Assembly (NCBI GenBank): GCA_051382305.1 | Contig: JBBCAV010000156.1 | Span: forward strand, 1-17,908 | Length of the DNA: 17,908 nucleotides | Direction of reading: 5' to 3' | Source: Bdellovibrionota bacterium FG-2 | GTDB taxonomy: Bacteria > Bdellovibrionota > UBA1018 | Part shown: positions 1 through 7,254 of the stretch, piece by piece | Position numbering within the stretch: the stretch's first letter is position 1 | How the letters are laid out: every line of letters begins with the position of its first letter | Position numbers and translations under genes: made by a program | Notes under the pieces: generated by a model | The model's database searches: none | What the model was told of the DNA's origin: nothing | The model's input: the letters and a program-made list of their open reading frames with translations, nothing else

Positions 1-1032
<1,032 letters not shown>

Positions 1033-1044
1033 GGAGTTACGATC

Positions 1045-1917
1045 ATGTCAATTTGGGTTGGAAAAAATACAAAGTTGATTTGCCAGGGCCTCACCGGCTC
1101 TCAAGGAACCTATCACTCCATCGGCTGCCGTGATTACGGCACGCAGGTCGTCGGCGGCGTTACCCCGGGCCGTGGCGGACAAACCCACGAGGGTTTTCCT
1201 GTATTCGATACCGTTGAAGAAGCGGTGAAGAAGACCGGTGCGAATGCTACCATGATTTTCGTGCCGCCTCCAGGGGCTGCCGATGCGATCTGCGAAGCGA
1301 TGGATGCGGGAATCGAAGTCATTGCGTGCATTACGGAAGGGATTCCTGTCCGTGACATGCTGGCTGTGAAGCGCCAGCTCCAAAATAGTAGATCCAGACT
1401 CATCGGACCCAACTGTCCGGGGATCATCACTCCCGGCCAATGCAAGATCGGGATCATGCCAGGACACATTCATAAGCCCGGACACATTGGCGTCGTATCG
1501 CGCTCTGGGACTTTGACTTATGAAGCCGTGTTTCAGCTTACCCAACTGGGGATTGGTCAGAGTACTTGTGTAGGTATCGGGGGCGATCCGATCAATGGAA
1601 CGAATTTCATTGATGTCTTAGAAGCCTTCAATCGAGACTCTGAAACTCACGGCGTCGTCATGATTGGTGAAATCGGCGGTACGGCTGAAGAAGAAGCAGC
1701 CGACTACATTAAGCGTGAATTCAAGAAACCTGTGGTCGGTTTTATTGGGGGAGCTTCGGCCCCTGCCGGTAAACGCATGGGTCACGCGGGCGCGATTATT
1801 TCGGGAGGCAAAGGAACGGCTGCCGAAAAATTTACGGCTCTAGAAGCTGCCGGTGTGCATGTTTCTCGAAGCCCCGCGGATCTTGGATCTACGATGGCTA
1901 AAGCCCTGAGAAAGTAG
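1045..1917 (+). CDS. sucD: Succinyl-CoA ligase alpha subunit
   Basis: Motifs [35 protein letters not shown] and the phospho-His motif MGHAGA. SD AAGGAG at 1031-1036 overlaps the sucC stop. Confidence 0.98.
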   Translation: MSIWVGKNTKLICQGLTGSQGTYHSIGCRDYGTQVVGGVTPGRGGQTHEGFPVFDTVEEAVKKTGANATMIFVPPPGAADAICEAMDAGIEVIACITEGIPVRDMLAVKRQLQNSRSRLIGPNCPGIITPGQCKIGIMPGHIHKPGHIGVVSRSGTLTYEAVFQLTQLGIGQSTCVGIGGDPINGTNFIDVLEAFNRDSETHGVVMIGEIGGTAEEEAADYIKREFKKPVVGFIGGASAPAGKRMGHAGAIISGGKGTAAEKFTALEAAGVHVSRSPADLGSTMAKALRK

Positions 1918-1979
1918 CACTTTCAATCTGAATGGATTTGAGCTAATTAGTTGGACAAACGTTAACGGAGGGATTTTTT

Positions 1980-2408
1980 ATGGCTATTGAGAGAACTTTT
2001 TCGATCGTGAAACCTAATGCGGTGATGAAGAATGTGGTGGGAGAAGTCCTGACACGTTTTGAAAAACGTGGGCTCCGCATTGCGGCGGCAAAGTTTACGC
2101 GTCTTACGCGTGAAAAAGCCGAAGGCTTTTATATCGAACATAAGGAGCGCCCATTTTTTCAAAGCCTGGTGCAGTTCATGACCAGTGGTCCTGTTCTTTT
2201 GTTTTGCCTAGAGGGCGAAAACGCTGTCAGTCTCGGACGCGAGATTATGGGTGCAACGGATCCTGCGAAGGCGCTTCCCGGTACGATTCGGAAAGATTTT
2301 GCTGACAGCCTAGAAGCCAATGCATGTCATGGGTCCGATAGCTTGCAGTCTGCGGAACGCGAAATCGCTTATTTCTTTGATAAAGCAGAGCTTCAAAAAC
2401 GTTTCTAA
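1980..2408 (+). CDS. ndk: Nucleoside diphosphate kinase
   Basis: [30 protein letters not shown] and catalytic [15 protein letters not shown] at 1967-1971. Confidence 0.98.
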   Translation: MAIERTFSIVKPNAVMKNVVGEVLTRFEKRGLRIAAAKFTRLTREKAEGFYIEHKERPFFQSLVQFMTSGPVLLFCLEGENAVSLGREIMGATDPAKALPGTIRKDFADSLEANACHGSDSLQSAEREIAYFFDKAELQKRF

Positions 2409-2426
2409 TTTGAGACGGGATATCCT

Positions 2427-4121
2427 TTGAAAATCGCAATCGCTCAGATCGATCCTGTCATTGGGGCGTTTGAGGCGAATGTCAAAAAAATCAAAGAAGC
2501 CTATAAACGGGCCTGTTCAAAACAGGCCCGTTTGCTTTTGACCCCTGAGCTTGCTGTTTGTGGATATCCGCCGCTTGATCTCATTGAGCGCCCCGAGATT
2601 TTTGAGCGGAACGAGGCCGCCGTTGAGGAGCTGCTTGCGGTAACTCGTGACCAGCAATGTGCATTGGTGGTGGGGCATGTCTCAAAAAATCCTTCAGATG
2701 AGGGAAAGCCCGCACAAAATGTTTTGACCGTGCTGGAAAACGGCAAACGGGTCTTCAGACAGGCCAAGACATTGCTTCCCACCTATGACGTTTTTGATGA
2801 AGCTCGCTATTTTGAACCCGCCAAGAAAAACACGCTTTGGGAGTGTGATGGGCGTCGTATTGCTTTTGCAATTTGTGAGGATCTTTGGGGGAACGATACG
2901 GCGTTTGGACGAAAGCTTTATAGTCGCGATCCGCTGGAAATTTATCGTAAAGAACATGCTGAGCTCGTGATTTCGCTATCGGCGAGTCCTTATGTCATGG
3001 AAAAGAGCCTTCGCCGAGAAACGCTCCATAAAGATGCGGCCCGTATGTTGAATGCGCCTTTGGTGTACGTAAATCAAGTCGGGGCGACTGATGAGATTCT
3101 CTTTGACGGGGGATCTTTTGCGCTGAATGCCGATGGTGCGCTTTCGGGGCGGCTACCGTTTTTTAAGAATTCTTTCGGTGTGATTGATATCGATTTTGAG
3201 TCTGGCGCTTGCGTTTGGGAATCTCCTGAGGCATCAGCCCGGGAGGATGAGCGGCCTCTAGAACTTGAAATATTTGGACGCGCCCTTGTTACGGGGATTC
3301 GTGAGTATTTTCTGAGAACGGGTTTTAAGACTGCCATTTTGGGTTTGAGTGGAGGAATTGATTCGGCCGTGGTCGCGGTGCTCGCTGCAAAGGCATTGGG
3401 CCCTCAAAACGTTTTGGGTCTTGCCATGCCCAGCCAGGTCTCTTCTGGGCATAGCCTCGAGGACGCCGAAGCGTTGGCGAAAAATCTAGGAATTCGATTT
3501 GAAGTTAGGCCTATCAAATTTCTATTTTCTGCGATGAGCCGCGAAATTGCCGAGCCTCGCGGTGGAGTCCTGGCGCCGATTGCGCTTGAAAATTTGCAAA
3601 CAAGGCTTCGCGGCGTCATCTTGATGACGCTCGCGAATCATTACTCCGCATTAACGCTGACGACTGGGAACAAATCCGAGATCGCTATGGGCTATTGTAC
3701 GCTTTATGGGGACATGGCTGGAGCGCTCGCTCCAATCGGGGATTTACTCAAAACCCGTGTCTATGAGCTTGCTCATCATCTCAATGGGGTTTATGGAAAT
3801 CCCATTCCAAATCGCAGTATTACCAAGGCTCCTTCTGCGGAGCTGCGCCCCAATCAAACGGATCAAGACACGTTGCCGCCTTATGAATTCTTGGATGAGG
3901 TGCTTCTTGATTACATTGAAAAGGGCATGGCGGTTTCCGAAATTGAAAGCAAAATGGGTCAAAAGGCAAAGTCTCAGAAACAGGGTTGGGTGAGCGAAGT
4001 GCTGCGCACTGTAGAACGCAATGAATACAAGCGAAGGCAGGCCGCCCCCGTTCTGAAAGTGAGTTCCAAAGCTTTTGGAGTGGGGCGTAGAGTGCCGATT
4101 TCTAAGCACTGGGAAACTTGA
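2427..4121 (+). CDS. nadE: Glutamine-dependent NAD+ synthetase (nitrilase/glutaminase domain fused to synthetase domain)
   Basis: TTG start. Nitrilase triad contexts PEL, K-TLLPTYDVFDE.RYF and ICEDLW. Synthetase motifs LGLSGGIDS, ENLQTRLRG, TGNKSE..MGY.TLYGD, APSAELRP.Q.DQD.LPPY and EYKRRQA. Confidence 0.96.
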   Translation: MKIAIAQIDPVIGAFEANVKKIKEAYKRACSKQARLLLTPELAVCGYPPLDLIERPEIFERNEAAVEELLAVTRDQQCALVVGHVSKNPSDEGKPAQNVLTVLENGKRVFRQAKTLLPTYDVFDEARYFEPAKKNTLWECDGRRIAFAICEDLWGNDTAFGRKLYSRDPLEIYRKEHAELVISLSASPYVMEKSLRRETLHKDAARMLNAPLVYVNQVGATDEILFDGGSFALNADGALSGRLPFFKNSFGVIDIDFESGACVWESPEASAREDERPLELEIFGRALVTGIREYFLRTGFKTAILGLSGGIDSAVVAVLAAKALGPQNVLGLAMPSQVSSGHSLEDAEALAKNLGIRFEVRPIKFLFSAMSREIAEPRGGVLAPIALENLQTRLRGVILMTLANHYSALTLTTGNKSEIAMGYCTLYGDMAGALAPIGDLLKTRVYELAHHLNGVYGNPIPNRSITKAPSAELRPNQTDQDTLPPYEFLDEVLLDYIEKGMAVSEIESKMGQKAKSQKQGWVSEVLRTVERNEYKRRQAAPVLKVSSKAFGVGRRVPISKHWET

Positions 4122-4228
4122 ATTGCGGCAACTGCCAAATAATGCTATTTCTACTTAGTGGTATTGTGGTAGTCGCGGTGTTTTTTGGGCCTTTTGGGGC
4201 ATAACTTTTTGTCGAAACGGGAATCTGG

Positions 4229-4663
4229 ATGAAGAAAGGAATTATTGGAATTATGAATACTGAACTCGGTAAAGTTGTTGAGAATCTTAAAGCAGCGCAA
4301 GGGCGCCTTCAGAATTTGGTCAAGAATAAAGGCTGGATTGATGAGGCTCGTAAATACGCTGAAAAGCAGGGTAAAGAGGTAAAGAAGCTTCTTTCTGCAG
4401 ACGTCGGGAAGGTGAGAACTTTCTTGGAACGCGAGCGCAAAGAGCTGGAGCGTTTTCAAAAGTCTCTTCCTGGAGAAGTGAATAAGCTTCGGAAGCTTGT
4501 TGTTTCTCAGCGCAAGGAGTTTGAGAGTCTTTTGAAGAAAGTGAAGAAAGCGACAAAAAAGGGCGGAAAGGTCTCCAAGAAGGCTGCTCCGCACAAGAAA
4601 GTCGCCAAAGTAACTAAAAAAGGCAAAAGCTCAGCGGGTGCGTCGGCTTCTGCTGCGAATTAG
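4229..4663 (+). CDS. Hypothetical basic protein: helical/coiled-coil N-domain plus Lys/Ala-rich tail (PhaF-phasin or histone-H1-like architecture)
   Basis: Only + strand ORF filling the nadE-infC gap. Start is ATG 4229 or ATG 4253. The tail KKVKKATKKGGKVSKKAAPHKKVAKVTKKGK has 15 Lys in 31 aa and no acidic residue. Followed by a strong hairpin. Confidence 0.8.
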   Translation: MKKGIIGIMNTELGKVVENLKAAQGRLQNLVKNKGWIDEARKYAEKQGKEVKKLLSADVGKVRTFLERERKELERFQKSLPGEVNKLRKLVVSQRKEFESLLKKVKKATKKGGKVSKKAAPHKKVAKVTKKGKSSAGASASAAN

Positions 4664-4700
4664 CCGTCGAATTGGCGAGCTATAGAAGGTTTTGGTCTTG

Positions 4701-4732
4701 GTACCGCGGCAAAAGCAGAATTGCCGCGGTAC
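4701..4732. terminator. Perfect 12-bp inverted repeat; possible terminator or RNA-stabilising hairpin
   Basis: GTACCGCGGCAA-aagcagaa-TTGCCGCGGTAC, 37 nt after the stop at 4663. No classical U-tract on either strand. Confidence 0.55.
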
Positions 4733-4747
4733 TTAGCACCGGGTCAC

Positions 4748-4776
4748 TTGACACGGCGACAGACCTTCGGTATTCC
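4748..4776 (+). promoter_or_regulatory. Putative sigma70 promoter for infC
   Basis: Perfect -35 TTGACA (4748-4753), 17-nt spacer, imperfect -10 TATTCC (4771-4776). Lies just upstream of the SD GGAGGT (4789-4794). Confidence 0.6.
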
Positions 4777-4811
4777 TTAAGCGAAATTGGAGGTTTTTTA
4801 CTAAAAAACGA

Positions 4812-5483
4812 ATGAATTTTCCACCACCCTCAGGTTTCCCACCAGGCCCATCTTTTCCACGTCCTCGCTTTCCGCGAGCCCCCCTTGTAAATCCAAATAA
4901 AGACGAACATCGGATCAACGAGCGCATTCGTGTGCCTCAAGTTCGTTTGATCGACGAAGTCGGCGGTCAGGTCGGAGTTGTTCCAACTCACGCGGCGCTG
5001 CAAATGGCGCGCGATAAGGGTTTGGATCTCATGGAAGTTTCCCCAAACGCTTCCCCCCCTGTCTGTAAAATCTGCGATTACGGCAAGTTTAAGTACGAAA
5101 AGAAGAAAAAAGAGCACATAGCTAAGAAAAAGCAGACCGTCATCAAGGTGAAGGAAGTTCAGCTTCGCCCTCAGACGGATTCCCATGATCTTGATTATAA
5201 ATTCAAGAACGTCAGGCAATTCCTCATTGATGGGGACAAGGCTAAGATCACCATCATGTTCCGGGGCCGTGAAATCACTTATGTGGATCAGGGTTTTAGG
5301 ATGATGAATCAGCTTGTTGAACTTGTGAAGGATGTAGGGATGATTGAGGCCCCCCCTAAACTTGAAGGCAAGAAACTCATCATGGTTCTGGCTCCCGGTA
5401 CTGCCAAAAAGGCGGGTACGATCACGATTGGTCCGAAGATTATTATTACTCCAAAGAAGGATCCTTCGGAGACCCAAGGGTAG
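4812..5483 (+). CDS. infC: Translation initiation factor IF-3 with Pro-rich N-terminal and short C-terminal extensions; true start uncertain (ACT 4800 or ATG 4812)
   Basis: RINERIRVPQVRLID, GLDLMEVSPNASPPVCKICDYGKFKYE, VKEVQLRP, GDKAKITIMFRGRE. Upstream of rpmI-rplT. Confidence 0.97.
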   Translation: MNFPPPSGFPPGPSFPRPRFPRAPLVNPNKDEHRINERIRVPQVRLIDEVGGQVGVVPTHAALQMARDKGLDLMEVSPNASPPVCKICDYGKFKYEKKKKEHIAKKKQTVIKVKEVQLRPQTDSHDLDYKFKNVRQFLIDGDKAKITIMFRGREITYVDQGFRMMNQLVELVKDVGMIEAPPKLEGKKLIMVLAPGTAKKAGTITIGPKIIITPKKDPSETQG

Positions 5484-5521
5484 GTAGAATCGGAAAAATT
5501 GAATTTCCGTGGTACAAATTC

Positions 5522-5551
5522 TTGACGAAGGGGGGGCGGCTAGAGTACGTT
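5522..5551 (+). promoter_or_regulatory. Putative internal sigma70 promoter for rpmI-rplT
   Basis: TTGACG (5522-5527), 18-nt spacer containing G7, TACGTT (5546-5551). AT-rich sequence upstream. Lies in the 102-nt infC-rpmI gap. Confidence 0.5.
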
Positions 5552-5585
5552 CCTTACCTTACAGAATCTAATAGGGGCTTTTACA

Positions 5586-5786
5586 ATGAAGATGAAGACT
5601 AAGAAGGCTGCCGCAAAGCGCTTTTCTTTTACAGCAACAGGTAAAGTCAAATTCAAGCGCACACATAAGCGCCACAATTTGGGTAACAAAAGTTCCGCTC
5701 GCAAGTTGAAATTGAGAGCGGGCGGGTATGTTTTCTCCGGCGACGTAAAACACGTCGAGGAGTGCTTGCCTTACGGTTCGCGATAA
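5586..5786 (+). CDS. rpmI: 50S ribosomal protein L35
   Basis: KMKTKKAAAKRF..TATGKVK....KRH.L..KS and C-terminal LPY. Canonical position between infC and rplT. Confidence 0.97.
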   Translation: MKMKTKKAAAKRFSFTATGKVKFKRTHKRHNLGNKSSARKLKLRAGGYVFSGDVKHVEECLPYGSR

Positions 5787-5798
5787 TAAGGAGTACAC

Positions 5799-6161
5799 AT
5801 GCCTCGCGCAAAACGTGGATTTAAACGCCGTCGTCGTCACAATAAAGTTCTAGAAAAGGCCTCAGGTTTTGTCCTTGGTCGCAAGAATAAATTTAAGCGT
5901 ACTGCTGAAGCAGTAGATCGCGCAGGCATTTATGCCTATCGTGATCGCAAGGCGAAAAAGCGAGATTTCCGTCAGCTCTGGATCGCGCGTCTTTCGGCCG
6001 CATCTTCAGCAAACGGTATCAGCTACAGTCGACTTGTCTGTGCTTTGAAAAAAGCGGAGATTCGTTTGGACCGCAAGGTCCTTTCGGATATCGCGATCGT
6101 TGATCCTTTTGGGTTTTCAACGATTGTTGAGCAGGTTCGCGCCTTAGCACCAGCCCGATAA
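5799..6161 (+). CDS. rplT: 50S ribosomal protein L20
   Basis: MPRAKRG, YAYRDRKAKKRDFRQLWIARL, SYSRL..LKKA.I.LDRKVLSDIA. SD AAGGAG at 5788-5793. Confidence 0.98.
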   Translation: MPRAKRGFKRRRRHNKVLEKASGFVLGRKNKFKRTAEAVDRAGIYAYRDRKAKKRDFRQLWIARLSAASSANGISYSRLVCALKKAEIRLDRKVLSDIAIVDPFGFSTIVEQVRALAPAR

Positions 6162-6164
6162 ATA

Positions 6165-6186
6165 TGCCCTCTTCTGGGGCGGTTTT
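6165..6186 (+). terminator. Weak intrinsic-terminator-like hairpin between rplT and pheS
   Basis: TGCCCT-cttct-GGGGCG followed by GTTTT. Short stem with G-U pairs and a short U run, so probably leaky. Confidence 0.35.
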
Positions 6187-6206
6187 ATCGTAGAATCGAG
6201 CCAGAG

Positions 6207-7247
6207 ATGATTATCGAAAGTCTGAAGCGGATCGGAGAGCAAACGCTTATCGATGTTGCGCAAGTTGAAACACTTGCAGCACTCGGCGAGGTACGGATTC
6301 GTGTATTGGGAAAGAAGGGCGCTTTGAGCGAGATCCTCAAGGGTCTTGGTGTGGTCTCGCCCGCAGAGCGTCCCGTCATCGGTGCTGCTGCCAATGAATG
6401 GAAAAAGAAAATCGAGGCGGCGCTAGACGCGCGCAAGCTGGCACTAGAGAAGGGCGTGCTTGACGCCAAAATACGAGAAGAGCGCATTGATGTTTCTCTT
6501 CCCTCGCGGATGCCACATCGTGGGAGTTTGCATCCGATTACGCAAACGACTCGGAAACTCGTGAAAATATTTTCTCGGATCGGGTTTGATCTGAATACGG
6601 GACCCGAAGTTGAGACTGAATACTTGAATTTCGATGCCGTGAATATTCCGGCGGATCATCCTGCACGCGACATGCAAGATACCTTTTTTGCGGGGCCGGG
6701 AGTCGTTCTGCGAACCCACACCACGCCGGTTCAAATTCGTACCATGAAATCTGAATCCTGGCCGGTTCGAATTTTGAGTCCGGGCGCCGTTTATCGCAAC
6801 GACAGTGATGCGACTCATTCTCCGATGTTTCATCAGATCGAGGGTCTTTGGATTGATCGTGGAGTCACGATGAGCGACCTTAAAGGGACGCTGAGTTTCT
6901 TCGCGCGGGAGCTTTTTGGGGCGGAAACTAAGATCAGGCTTCGTCCGAGTTATTTTCCTTTCGTTGAGCCCGGGGCAGAAGTCGATGTAAGTTGTTTTAT
7001 GTGCCGAACGAAAGTTTCACCGACCTGCCGAATATGTCGAGGGAGTGGCTGGATTGAGATCTTAGGCGCGGGCATGGTTCATCCGAGGCTTTTTGAAGCC
7101 GTTGGATATGGTGATGCTTATCAGCGAGACGGGCTTTCGGGTTTTGCCTTTGGAATTGGTATTGAGCGCGTTGCGATGCTTTTGCATGAGATTCCGGATC
7201 TTCGATTGATGTTTGATGGGGACGTTCGTTTCTTGTCCCAGTTTTGA
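6207..7247 (+). CDS. pheS: Phenylalanine--tRNA ligase alpha subunit
   Basis: GSLHPI, NFDAVNIPADHPARDMQDTFF, LRTHTTPVQIR, YRNDSDATHSPMFHQIEG, RPSYFPFVEPG, GFAFGIGIERVAML. Confidence 0.98.
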   Translation: MIIESLKRIGEQTLIDVAQVETLAALGEVRIRVLGKKGALSEILKGLGVVSPAERPVIGAAANEWKKKIEAALDARKLALEKGVLDAKIREERIDVSLPSRMPHRGSLHPITQTTRKLVKIFSRIGFDLNTGPEVETEYLNFDAVNIPADHPARDMQDTFFAGPGVVLRTHTTPVQIRTMKSESWPVRILSPGAVYRNDSDATHSPMFHQIEGLWIDRGVTMSDLKGTLSFFARELFGAETKIRLRPSYFPFVEPGAEVDVSCFMCRTKVSPTCRICRGSGWIEILGAGMVHPRLFEAVGYGDAYQRDGLSGFAFGIGIERVAMLLHEIPDLRLMFDGDVRFLSQF

Positions 7248-7254
7248 GAAAATT

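Noticed and set aside
1941-1967. Short palindromes CTAATTAG and CGTTAACG upstream of ndk
   Set aside because: 8-bp palindromes occur by chance, and I cannot assign a regulator.
4122-4228. Possible sRNA, riboswitch or promoter between nadE and the Lys-rich gene
   Set aside because: Only 3-4-bp stems and weak -35/-10 matches. No recognisable RNA family.
4701-4732. Inverted repeat as a REP, MITE or CRISPR unit
   Set aside because: Single copy in the window, with no spacers, direct repeats, transposase or cas genes.
4830-5477. 215-aa antisense ORF over infC, and similar shadow ORFs (241-702, 618-1028, 1048-1545, 4151-4594, 9659-10126, 17064-17462)
   Set aside because: They lie opposite well-supported genes, have no recognisable motifs or RBS, and are expected from codon bias.
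6990-7050. CxxC...CxxC motif in PheS (CFMC...CRIC)
   Set aside because: This Cys-rich insert before GW.E.LG is common in many bacterial PheS proteins and is not novel.
7213-7254. ORF-track N-terminal extension of pheT
   Set aside because: It overlaps pheS. The conserved PheT N-terminus MKIS.NWL begins at ATG 7255.
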